Source of the DNA: Myxococcota bacterium
GTDB taxonomy: Bacteria > Myxococcota > XYA12-FULL-58-9 > JABJBS01
Length of the DNA stretch: 61,575 bases
Assembly: GCA_036339465.1 (NCBI GenBank)
Contig: JAYZAY010000044.1
Coordinates: 1 to 61,575 of the forward strand
Direction of reading: 5' to 3'
The stretch's first letter is position 1; every line of letters starts with the position of its first letter. Shown here piece after piece: positions 29,169 to 38,187 of this stretch. The notes under the pieces were generated by a model. It was not told where the DNA came from. It did not search any database and was given only the letters and a program-made list of their open reading frames with translations. Made by a program: the position numbers and the translations under genes.

Positions 29169-29972
29169 TTAGTAGAGGGAGACAACAATATCCACAACAA
29201 TCAAAATGACAATATACCATTCAACCCGCAGGCTCCGCTGGTTGGTTAATAATTCGAGCAACGTTTGAACCGTCCTTGAATTGAGTTCCAATTTTCGTTC
29301 AAGGACCAAATGGCGTTCTCTCAATTCAAACTCATCCTCTATCCGTAAATAGAGACCCTCAAGGCTTGGGTGTTCCCAGAGAATTTCAGGTTTTTCCAAA
29401 ATCTCCACACGACCAATCATTTTGTGTTCACCTAAGAGCCCAGCCCCAATATGCCTCAGGAAAGTACGGGCGCTCCGGCCGCCCTTCCCCGTTTCCTTAA
29501 GCTGGCGAGCCAAAGGTTCAATGCGCTCAAAAGACTCTGCTATCTCGGCTTCGTAGTGGTCTAGAATCACACTTTTAGCCAGAACATGGGCAATCATTTG
29601 TAAACGTTCTAAAGAGAAATGATTCAAACGCAAGACACCATTAAACAATCCCTGCCGGTAGGAGGGATCAATTTCGAGCATCAAAGTTTCAGTCTCGACC
29701 GCTTTATACTCCCCATGAATAAACCCACCCAAACGCGCTAGAAAAACAGCCTGGTCTTCCGGTTTCACCCCCACAAAGACCACCACCCCATAGCGAAAAA
29801 TGACCGTATACCCGTGGCCATGGGATTCTACGACCAGTGGATTTTGGGCCAACGCCTCCCAATCCTCGAAGGGTCGGATGTCGATACGTTCACCGACAAG
29901 TAAGGCCTTTAAACCCACTTTTGCACTCAACTCTTGGTCCCCAAAATGTAGCTGAGTCTCTATCGAGTCCAA
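29169..29972 (-). CDS. RMD1/YagE (DUF155) family protein
   Basis: FRYGVVVF, LAKSV.L, PEILWE, FELRER, LRVEWYIVILI. Confidence 0.88.
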   Translation of the reverse strand: MDSIETQLHFGDQELSAKVGLKALLVGERIDIRPFEDWEALAQNPLVVESHGHGYTVIFRYGVVVFVGVKPEDQAVFLARLGGFIHGEYKAVETETLMLEIDPSYRQGLFNGVLRLNHFSLERLQMIAHVLAKSVILDHYEAEIAESFERIEPLARQLKETGKGGRSARTFLRHIGAGLLGEHKMIGRVEILEKPEILWEHPSLEGLYLRIEDEFELRERHLVLERKLELNSRTVQTLLELLTNQRSLRVEWYIVILIVVDIVVSLY

Positions 29973-30091
29973 TTAAACCCCCTTATCACTGGGTTGACAG
30001 TTACGGGATTAAATACAAGCTTAAGAGAAAGAGTGCCGCGGGGAGATGGCAATATTTTTGTATCACCCATCCCAATTCGACTCATCCATGA

Positions 30092-30445
30092 AGAACTGGA
30101 CAGAAATATAAGCGCCACCATCAAAAACGACCTACGCTAAACACAGATATCCTCCCAATCAGCCTATCCGTAAACTGGGTAAGCGCGATTCTTAAACCAT
30201 GGCTAGACCATACCAAAATCGAGGGGCCGTCTCCAGAAAACGCGGAAATATCCCAAGAGCAACTCCTGGTCATAGCTGGAAAAATAGATGCTCTATTCTT
30301 AGCTTACCAGGGACTGGAATATCAGTGTCAATCAAGAAGCTATGCTACCTTGAATCAATCCTTGGTTAAGGCAAAAACAATACTCGACAATTTAATTGAA
30401 CAATTTGAAAAATTGGGCCCGAACCGTATTCTAAGGAGCGACTAG
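30092..30445 (+). pseudogene. Start-less open frame of about 117 codons, possible gene remnant
   Basis: Stop-free frame ...TDILPISLSVNWVSAILKPWLD...KTILDNLIEQFEKLGPNRILRSD*; upstream GGGAG-ATG at 30046 is out of frame. Confidence 0.35.
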
Positions 30446-30774
30446 GATAAAACGGTCAAGGGCAAACACGTAAACCTTTGAACCCATTGCATCGTGAAAA
30501 ACGGTCCAACTGGGAAGGATTCATAAATATCTGGTCAAAAAATACCCTATTTCGAAATCAATTCCGTGTAAATCCGGGACTGATAACAAAGGTTGGAGCA
30601 CTCTTATCCTTGCTGCCTCCACGAATAAAGTTCGTAAGCACTCACTTTATTCGTTGAAATAACAATTTCGCGATGTCGGTAATGATCGGCGTAATATCGG
30701 GCGAATACCGAAGCATCGAAAGTTCGACCCCGAGTCTTGAATTCGCTTTGTTTCTAGAAAACCTGTGAATTGAA

Positions 30775-31491
30775 CTAAGAGGAAACCGGCGAATGAATGG
30801 TTGCATTGGCCTGCCCCCCCCTAAGGAGCCCCCAAAGGATATAGAGATTCAAAATCGTAAAGAGGGTCGTTCCGCCCGGTCCCCCCAGCCCCAACAGCAC
30901 AAATCCACTTAATATACTCCCAAAAAACATAATCTGACCCAATTGAGTCTTAAAAGATTTGAAAGAAGGTAGCAGGATAGAAGAAATCATTCCTCCGGCG
31001 AGAAAAAGGACGTACAAACAATAGGCTTCGCCACTTCCAAATACGGACAACCCCGTCTCACCAGATGCCATAATCCATGTAACCACGCACATGGCCGCAG
31101 TAGGAGATGGAATCCCCGCAAAAAAACCGGGCCTTACACTCGTATCCAAGTTAAACCGTGCCAATCGAATCGCGGTACACATAACAAAAATGATGGTGGC
31201 CACCATCGGCCAAACAGGGCCAAAGCCCAATTCGTCCCGGGCAAAATGAAAAGCCACCAACGCAGGAGCAGCTCCAAAGGAAACAATATCAGTCAAACTG
31301 TCCAATTCCTTACCAAAATCGCTGGTTACACCGAATTTTCGAGCCAAACGACCATCGAGCATGTCACAAAGCGCGGCTCCAATAATGGCCAAAGGAGCCA
31401 CCACCTGTGGCGAAGTCGAAGCCATAACAAGTGCTATGAACCCACAACACAACCCCAATAAAGTTATTACACTGGGGAGTTTTTCCCGCAT
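30775..31491 (-). CDS. pssA: CDP-diacylglycerol--serine O-phosphatidyltransferase
   Basis: D.LDG.LAR, G.ELDSL.D.VSFG.AP, RLARFN, F.GIPSP. Confidence 0.9.
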   Translation of the reverse strand: MREKLPSVITLLGLCCGFIALVMASTSPQVVAPLAIIGAALCDMLDGRLARKFGVTSDFGKELDSLTDIVSFGAAPALVAFHFARDELGFGPVWPMVATIIFVMCTAIRLARFNLDTSVRPGFFAGIPSPTAAMCVVTWIMASGETGLSVFGSGEAYCLYVLFLAGGMISSILLPSFKSFKTQLGQIMFFGSILSGFVLLGLGGPGGTTLFTILNLYILWGLLRGGQANATIHSPVSS

Positions 31492-31623
31492 GCGCCACCT
31501 CGCTTAGCCCGCGGTGGGCATACCCCAAGCTAACCAGCTAAACAAGTAAAACTCCAATTAGCCAGTTGTTCTAGACTCCAAAAGCTTGTTAAGCTAAAAG
31601 GGGATTAGTGGTGGAGGTAGCTC

Positions 31624-32064
31624 TTGCAGGCATCGACTGTTGAACTGAGAACATTGTTGAAAGCCATCCAAGGATGCGACGTCGGTACAAGTCGTTGGGG
31701 GTGGGATCGACATTACAGAGCAGCACTAATTGTGACCGATTCAAAAACAGGTTACGCCTTGGATGAAGTGGTCAATAATATTCTTCCCGAAACCTGGAAG
31801 GAAAACCCAGAAACTCCCCCCCCAGAAAGTATTGCCAATTTAATTGCGTACCTCTCGGGATTAAGGCCCGCTCAACACCTGCACACCAAAATCTTAGACG
31901 ACGCCAATGTCCTTTTCGGCGCCTTTTGGCCTTGGGATAATGAATCTCTGGTCTCTATTCGAATCGGCATCATTCAAAACACCCCTACGCTTGAGTCGAC
32001 CTACGAGCAGCAACGTCTCGTATGCGGAATATTCTGCCCCGGTGAACTCCCAAGGCTGCACTAG
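31624..32064 (+). CDS. Hypothetical protein
   Basis: 146-aa ORF with GGAGG RBS before a TTG start; FWPWD motif. Confidence 0.65.
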   Translation: MQASTVELRTLLKAIQGCDVGTSRWGWDRHYRAALIVTDSKTGYALDEVVNNILPETWKENPETPPPESIANLIAYLSGLRPAQHLHTKILDDANVLFGAFWPWDNESLVSIRIGIIQNTPTLESTYEQQRLVCGIFCPGELPRLH

Positions 32065-32166
32065 TTTCCTTACTTGCCTATTGAATTGCGCCCCCATAAG
32101 GGTGGTCTGAATTTATAGTGGCTATTTCCGCTATGAATGGATTTCTACCCAGGGAGAACACACAAC

Positions 32167-33429
32167 ATGTGGTTTAGAAGATTGCTCCGAGTAAGCTACG
32201 GAGTGCTCATATTCGTGCTCTTTGTACCACAATCAGCTCATGCACACTTGGGTCCTCAAGGTCAAAGAGTCTTTCTGGATGCCACAGGAAATATCAAAGG
32301 CGCATCAACTTCGATCGGGTTCATCTTTAGGATCGACGGAGAGTTGACCCTTAAGTCCCCATATAATTTCACCGGTTTCCCCCTTTGGTCTCTCATGCCA
32401 GACAGCCAACATGCGATCTCCGGCACAACCAGCGGAATCTATGAATCGACAGATTTCGGTTGTACTTGGAACCCCATTGTCGAGGCCCCACTCACAACCT
32501 ACTATGCTCATGCCAATCGTGGAAAAGAAATAATGGCCATAGGCCGAAAAGACGAAAAATACGTCATTTTCCATTCCATCGACAACGGAAAATCCTTTAA
32601 AGAAAAACCCGTTCCTCCCCTGGAAGGAAACCTCGTGGGAATTCACCACAACGAAAATCTTAAAACGACCTGGATTTTTTCTACAGACAACAACAGCATT
32701 CTCTACGGTTATGCCTTGGATGAGCACCTGAACCGGCTCGAATCCAAAGATTTAGAAATCACCATTCCACAAAACCTGGTACTCATGAACATCCCTCCCC
32801 TCATTTTAGCTGGCCAAAAACTTCTCGCCAACGCCTACGACATCTCCCAAGAATCACCCGACAGTGGCTCTGAATCAATCCCTATTCACTCGGCCATAGA
32901 AATCCCCCTAAGCAAGGAGGATGAATCCGGCACCCTGGAGGCGAAAAAGCTCTTCCATTTAGAGGGTGGAGAACGAATCATGGCCCTAACCTATGACCAA
33001 AATGCAAATATCTGGGTTTATACAAACCGAGAGGCACTCTATTATTGGACCGAAACAACCCTAAGCAAAACAATAGGAGGGCCTTATCACTGTCTAAGGA
33101 AATACCTTGATAGCGAAAATCTTTTCAGCTGTGGCTCTCCGTCCGTTGACGAAATGTTTCTCAATTTGGATTTTTCTGGAGCAGCGAAAAAGAACTTAAC
33201 CTACTCAGAAATCAAGCTAAAGGCTTGTGAAGGCCAAGAGATTCCCGACGACCCTTTCCAGCTAAAATCAACAACCCCTGCCCCAGAGCCAACCACCAAA
33301 CCTGCTATCGAGGGGGGATGCCAAACCACTCCCTGGCCCCTGGGACTACTACCTATAGGCCGTCGCCGTCGGAGAAAGGGTTTGAAAAATCCGGGTCATT
33401 TAAGAAAGATTCATCGGTCAGACTCTTAA
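32167..33429 (+). CDS. Secreted BNR/Asp-box protein with MYXO-CTERM-like tail
   Basis: Signal peptide ending AHA|H; Asp-boxes STDFGCTW and SIDNGKSF; Pro/Thr linker, GGC, short hydrophobic stretch, RRRRR. Confidence 0.65.
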   Translation: MWFRRLLRVSYGVLIFVLFVPQSAHAHLGPQGQRVFLDATGNIKGASTSIGFIFRIDGELTLKSPYNFTGFPLWSLMPDSQHAISGTTSGIYESTDFGCTWNPIVEAPLTTYYAHANRGKEIMAIGRKDEKYVIFHSIDNGKSFKEKPVPPLEGNLVGIHHNENLKTTWIFSTDNNSILYGYALDEHLNRLESKDLEITIPQNLVLMNIPPLILAGQKLLANAYDISQESPDSGSESIPIHSAIEIPLSKEDESGTLEAKKLFHLEGGERIMALTYDQNANIWVYTNREALYYWTETTLSKTIGGPYHCLRKYLDSENLFSCGSPSVDEMFLNLDFSGAAKKNLTYSEIKLKACEGQEIPDDPFQLKSTTPAPEPTTKPAIEGGCQTTPWPLGLLPIGRRRRRKGLKNPGHLRKIHRSDS

Positions 33430-34492
33430 GAAAACTCAAGACATCTTCTTTTTCCTCGGCTGTCAAAACAAATCCCGGAACAAATTGACTCTTATTGGGA
33501 TTCGTAGAACCGACGCCCTGATTTGGGCCCGTCAGAATGGTTCGCCCCCCTTGCCCATAATGATCAACAACGCCCTCTAAGGTCTCAATACTACCGTCAT
33601 GCATATAAGGCGCAGTCACCTCGATATTTCGGAGCGTTGGTGCTTTAAAGCGCCCTTTATCCGCATCGATTCCCGTCAGTTCAAAAATACCTTGATTTCC
33701 CTCTGGATAACTTCCCAGATCATCCAAATGATAGAGGCCATTGTTATGAAACGAGATCTCCTCCAAGGCTTTTCCTTGGTGGCTCACAGAATCAGAAAAA
33801 TTAAAATTTCCGTGACAATGAAAACACTCTAACCGCTCGTCAAAAAAAAGCGTCATTCCCCGTTTGGCACTCGAACTAAGAGCGGTTTGGTCACCTTGAA
33901 TGTAACGGTCATAAGGTGAATTAGAAGAAATCAAAGTTCGTTGAAAACTCGCGATTGCCTTCGTCAAATTGTCGAGCGTGAACGGATCGTCTTGTTCGGG
34001 AAATGCCTTTGGAAACAATTGCATATAGCGAGTATCGGACCGAGCCAGGGCCAACATCTCCTCTTCTTTCCCTGCCATACCCATCTCCACCGGTTGCTCA
34101 CCAAACAGAGGAACCAGCATCTGGCTTTCTAGATCTCCCAACAAATGGTTCGCCCAGGTTAATCGAGCGCTGAAAACAATATTTGTTAAACCCATGGAGC
34201 TGCGCGCAAGGACATCGCCGGTGGCGCCTACAGCCAATGCCTTACCGTCAGTAAAGGCCAATTTCTGCTGATGGCAACTACCACAAGATGTCGTACCGTT
34301 GACCGATAACCGGGTATCGTAAAAAAGATACCGTCCAAGTTCAATCTTGGACAAAGTCATGGGGTTCGATTCTGGGATCTGGGGCTGAGGAAAATGCGAG
34401 GGCAAATCAAATGCATATCTCTCTTCAGATTCCGAACAATGAACTGCCCCAAGAACGCTCAGGAGAAATAAAATGTAACGTTTGTAAGTCAT
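33353..34492 (-). CDS. mbnH: MbnH-like di-heme cytochrome c peroxidase/MauG family enzyme
   Basis: CGSCH and CFHCH heme motifs, LGRYLFYDTRLS, FKAPTLRNI..TAPYMHDGS; paired with mbnP. Confidence 0.85.
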   Translation of the reverse strand: MTYKRYILFLLSVLGAVHCSESEERYAFDLPSHFPQPQIPESNPMTLSKIELGRYLFYDTRLSVNGTTSCGSCHQQKLAFTDGKALAVGATGDVLARSSMGLTNIVFSARLTWANHLLGDLESQMLVPLFGEQPVEMGMAGKEEEMLALARSDTRYMQLFPKAFPEQDDPFTLDNLTKAIASFQRTLISSNSPYDRYIQGDQTALSSSAKRGMTLFFDERLECFHCHGNFNFSDSVSHQGKALEEISFHNNGLYHLDDLGSYPEGNQGIFELTGIDADKGRFKAPTLRNIEVTAPYMHDGSIETLEGVVDHYGQGGRTILTGPNQGVGSTNPNKSQFVPGFVLTAEEKEDVLSFLKSLTDESFLNDPDFSNPFSDGDGL

Positions 34493-34497
34493 ATCAA

Positions 34498-35289
34498 CTA
34501 CTTCACATAAAATAGACCGTCTGCACCCTTATGCCCCTCATTCAGGCCTAAGACATCAAATATTGGGTCACAATACCTACTCCCAGGATCTCCCATACAG
34601 GCAATAGAATCATCTTCAACAGCAAAATCCATGTTACTCAAGAGAACATTGAGATCTATCACCACTGAATCCCCAAGCATAAAATCAGAGAGAAGAAATT
34701 CTGGTCGGTTTGGAGAAGTGCAACTGTGGATCGCACCAATGGTTCCCTGACACCCCACACTTCCCAAATGGAAGAAAAAATCCTTATCTCCGACGGTAGC
34801 ATCGAGACGCAAGAACTTGTACCCACCTTGCCAACTCCAAAACATAGAAGAAAGATTCAAAGGGGATTGGGCAGTGGCAACATTGGCATGATTTAAATCG
34901 AAAGGAACACCCAATTTGAATTTAAGCCCCTTGTAGTTGCCATCAGGAATGTGGCCAAACACCTCCGCACGCATCTCAGAAGTTCCATTTGTGCAGTCTT
35001 CATAATCCAAAAGAGCAACCTCGCCATTCTGCCAAATTCCATCATCGACCAATTCTATTTCAACCTCGGCTCCAGAATCAGAAATTAGGCGAAGTTCGTG
35101 TAGGTAGAAGCGAAAATCGGTCGCCGTAAAATCCGAGGAAGAGATTCCCACTCCCTCCACCCGCTCACCACAGCGAAAGGTTTGGTCGGCAAAGTTCGTC
35201 TCAAACGTGATCGTAACGGGTTCGTCCCCATCACATCCAGCCACAGAAAAGAGCAAAGCCCAATAACTTATTGCTAACAGCCGCATCAT
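34498..35289 (-). CDS. mbnP: MbnP family copper-binding lipoprotein
   Basis: Lipobox VAGC, DFRFY, LGVPFDLNH, MFWSWQGGYKFLR (WxW), HLGSVGC. Confidence 0.85.
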   Translation of the reverse strand: MMRLLAISYWALLFSVAGCDGDEPVTITFETNFADQTFRCGERVEGVGISSSDFTATDFRFYLHELRLISDSGAEVEIELVDDGIWQNGEVALLDYEDCTNGTSEMRAEVFGHIPDGNYKGLKFKLGVPFDLNHANVATAQSPLNLSSMFWSWQGGYKFLRLDATVGDKDFFFHLGSVGCQGTIGAIHSCTSPNRPEFLLSDFMLGDSVVIDLNVLLSNMDFAVEDDSIACMGDPGSRYCDPIFDVLGLNEGHKGADGLFYVK

Positions 35290-35718
35290 AACCCATCCAT
35301 TTCAAACAACCTCACCCAAGAAAACCGTCATTATCCGTACGTTTCATGATTTAGGCGCACAAACAACTGAGGGGCAAACACACAGACAAATTGGCCCGTG
35401 GTCTGTCTATCCCCGTGGGTTTTAACGGCGCTACCGAAAGCAACACCCAAGTGGCCCTCGACACCATAAAATCAATCGCAAACCCACACGCCTCTTCGGA
35501 ATCGTCGACCGAAAACGCTCTGCCATCATTCACACCACCTGCAATAAAACGCTCCGCATGGTGCTTCGAGGCCGAATCGGGAGAGCCTAATATCCCTGGC
35601 ACCTTGGCCTTGCACCAACGTCGAAGTTCAAGAAGTAACGGAAAATCCTCGTGCCATCATGGATGACTCTCGTCATTTCCATAGACATTCTAAAGACAAC
35701 CGGGCATCAACCTAAGCT

Positions 35719-36492
35719 ATGAGCCCACTCTTTACCCCTATTGATAAAAAAAGGATGAACGAAAAGCTCGTTGCGCCGGATACGGTTGAATACGGGGGAT
35801 TCTGCTCTCAATGCAACATCGCCCATACTCTGAAAAATGATGCCCTAAGCCATCAGCTACTTAAAGAAGTCGTTTCTGAGATAGCCAACCCAAAACACCC
35901 TGATCATCCAGGAGAAATGAAGACCATTGGCGTCCTGCTTGCGCAAAAATCAGCCCACAACCAACTGGGTTATCTAAAAGCATTTTCCGGAAGCCTTCAT
36001 CAAGGGTGGAACCGCGAAGGATGGTGCCCGACTCCCGCCAAACTCGAAGAATTTGAGGCCGACCGACCCACCATCGAGGCTGAAATCGGCACCCTAACTC
36101 TTAGGGTAAAAGAAATGCGAAGCCAAGAAAAGCAGTGCACAGAAGAGTATCGACTGTTAAAAGAAGAACGGGCCAATATCTCCCGTGCCCTCACCCAACG
36201 GATCCACCGGGCATATGCCTTCGGGAATTTTCAAAGGCAACACGCTCAAATGGTGAACATCTATCTCAATCACACCGGAAAACGACCACCCACGGGCACC
36301 GGCGAATGTGCGGCACCCAAATTAATTCAGAGCGCCATAAAATTAGATTTAAAACCCATCTCAATATGTGAAGCAGTTTATCAACCTTCCAAGGGTGGTA
36401 AACATACATTATCAGCACCAACAGAAGCTTGCTCTGAACGTTGCTACCCCATTCTAGGATTTATGCTATGCGGCCTAAACGGCGCCCAATGA
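35719..36492 (+). CDS. Stand-alone homolog of the N-terminal (deaminase-like) domain of long RluA/TrcP proteins
   Basis: GVLL...GYLKAFSG, PPTGTGECAAPKL, AC...C.PILGFML; extra N-terminal CSQC..AH; coupled to rluA. Confidence 0.7.
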   Translation: MSPLFTPIDKKRMNEKLVAPDTVEYGGFCSQCNIAHTLKNDALSHQLLKEVVSEIANPKHPDHPGEMKTIGVLLAQKSAHNQLGYLKAFSGSLHQGWNREGWCPTPAKLEEFEADRPTIEAEIGTLTLRVKEMRSQEKQCTEEYRLLKEERANISRALTQRIHRAYAFGNFQRQHAQMVNIYLNHTGKRPPTGTGECAAPKLIQSAIKLDLKPISICEAVYQPSKGGKHTLSAPTEACSERCYPILGFMLCGLNGAQ

Positions 36493-37175
36493 TTGGCTTT
36501 AAGCCACCGAACATGAGACATGTCCCCCTTCCTATCGTGGCCAAAGGCGATGATTACGTGGTCGTCAATAAACCCCCTGACCTTTTGTCGGTGCCGGGAA
36601 AAAACCCCGATTTAAGCGATTGTGTAGCCAATCGAGTCAGGCAGGCCTTTCCAGAAGCTACCGGCCCATTGATTGCACACCGTCTCGACATGGCAACCTC
36701 AGGCCTCTTAGTGCTTGGTCTCACGCCTGCCGCCCAGCGACATCTCTCCATGCAATTTGAAGCCCGCCAGGTATTCAAACGTTATGAAGCCGTCGTGGAA
36801 GGACTGCTCGAAGAAGAAACTGGCCTCATTGAATTGCCCCTACGACTCGATTTTTATCAACGCCCCCTACAAATCTACGACCCCATCCACGGAAAGCGCT
36901 CTGAAACCAAATGGGAATTGATAAAACATCAGGAAGACGCCACCCATCTAAACCTTTTCCCCATCACAGGTAGAACCCATCAGCTAAGGGTCCACATGGC
37001 CCACCGATTAGGACTCAACGCCCCTATTTTGGGAGATCGACTCTACGGTGATCAGCAGAAAGCGAAACGATTAATGCTTCATGCAGCCGAAATTCACTTT
37101 CACGAGCCAAGCACTGAGCAACGCGTGGAATTTAAGGTCGCGCCCTCCTTTATAACGCCAACGACTCCACCATAA
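36489..37175 (+). CDS. rluA: RluA-family pseudouridine synthase
   Basis: VNKP..LLSVPG, HRLDMATSG (catalytic Asp), TGRTHQLRVH, PILGD.LYG; ATG 36489 overlaps the upstream TGA. Confidence 0.93.
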   Translation: MIGFKPPNMRHVPLPIVAKGDDYVVVNKPPDLLSVPGKNPDLSDCVANRVRQAFPEATGPLIAHRLDMATSGLLVLGLTPAAQRHLSMQFEARQVFKRYEAVVEGLLEEETGLIELPLRLDFYQRPLQIYDPIHGKRSETKWELIKHQEDATHLNLFPITGRTHQLRVHMAHRLGLNAPILGDRLYGDQQKAKRLMLHAAEIHFHEPSTEQRVEFKVAPSFITPTTPP

Positions 37176-37326
37176 AAGTGCTCTGGGCACCTCTCGGCTT
37201 TTCAATTGGCGCAGACTAAGTGCTCAAAAAATACTTTCCAGCCGGTGCAGCCGTCATGTAAAACCGGGCCCCAACCCACCTTAAAAGAGCGGGTTCCATC
37301 CAAACAAGACTATAAATGAGGAATAC

Positions 37327-37575
37327 TTACTTATGACGATAGACAATTCGGCCACGGGTCAGATCGTAGGGAGAGAGGGCAACAACCACTCTATCTCCAG
37401 GCATAATTCGGATCCTAAACTTTCGCATCTTCCCTGAAGTGTGGGCCAAGGCCGTATGACCATTGCCAATATCAACCTTAAATGTAGCATTTCGAAGTTG
37501 CTCTAATACGGTACCTTCGACCTCAATCGCGTCTTCTGATCCACCACCGCCTTCTTCTTCTTCATTGGAAGCCAT
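37327..37575 (-). CDS. infA: Translation initiation factor IF-1
   Basis: [35 protein letters not shown]. Confidence 0.97.
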   Translation of the reverse strand: MASNEEEEGGGGSEDAIEVEGTVLEQLRNATFKVDIGNGHTALAHTSGKMRKFRIRIMPGDRVVVALSPYDLTRGRIVYRHK

Positions 37576-37776
37576 TCGTTATCCTTTGTAAAACTGCATA
37601 TCTCCACAAGCAATCTCTTGTGAACTCGGGCTCTCGTCTATAGGGCTTTCAACTCATTGTCCATATCATAAGGATGATTACCCATTATTTCGGAATGGCC
37701 TCAACCCAAATAAAAGCGGGGGCCAGAAGATAAAAACATTTGCAAAAACGTTGTATTATAAGAACTAAAGAAATCT

Positions 37777-38100
37777 TCAAGAGGGGGTTTTCCGAGGAAT
37801 CAGTTTGCTTAACCTGCCAACTGTTCGTTTTTCAAAGTTCCAAAAAAAGTCAAAAAGACCAAAGGGAATTGAAAAAACAAGTAGTAAGACCTGATATAGC
37901 ATGAAACACAAAACCAAGGACAAAACCAAGGTCACAAATGACGGTTCCCACTTATCGAGTCCCGTCAAAACCATAATCCAACGCCGTAAATAGACTGTCG
38001 CTGAACCGGTTAGGGAGAAAACCACCAACACAAGAATCACTTGCCTCGTATCTCTTAAATCCCAACGTTGCTTCAGCTTAGCAATCCACCCACTGTCCAT
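37777..38100 (-). CDS. Small two-TM membrane protein (DUF6787-like)
   Basis: KLKQRW..., VFSLTGS, YQVLLL, FG.F.FFW.FEK pattern. Confidence 0.65.
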   Translation of the reverse strand: MDSGWIAKLKQRWDLRDTRQVILVLVVFSLTGSATVYLRRWIMVLTGLDKWEPSFVTLVLSLVLCFMLYQVLLLVFSIPFGLFDFFWNFEKRTVGRLSKLIPRKTPS

Positions 38101-38163
38101 GCTTAATGATCCCTTAATTCTGACGGTCTATCGGTCGCCTGGGTCTTATACTACATAATTCAC

Positions 38164-38187
38164 AAAAAAAAAGGGTCTACGCGACCC
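38164..38187 (-). terminator. Intrinsic terminator on the minus strand with no annotated gene upstream
   Basis: Minus strand GGGTC-GCGTA-GACCC followed by T9. Confidence 0.7.

Noticed and set aside
29837..30445. Selenocysteine or TGA read-through joining ORF 29837..30091 to the downstream frame
   Set aside because: The upstream ORF begins antisense within a real gene and looks non-coding; no SECIS-like hairpin recognised; TGA acts as a normal stop elsewhere in the window.
35351..35666. Small ORFs on both strands upstream of mbnP (possible methanobactin-like precursor)
   Set aside because: No MbnA-like leader/core recognisable, no mbnBC, no clear RBS; cannot choose a strand.
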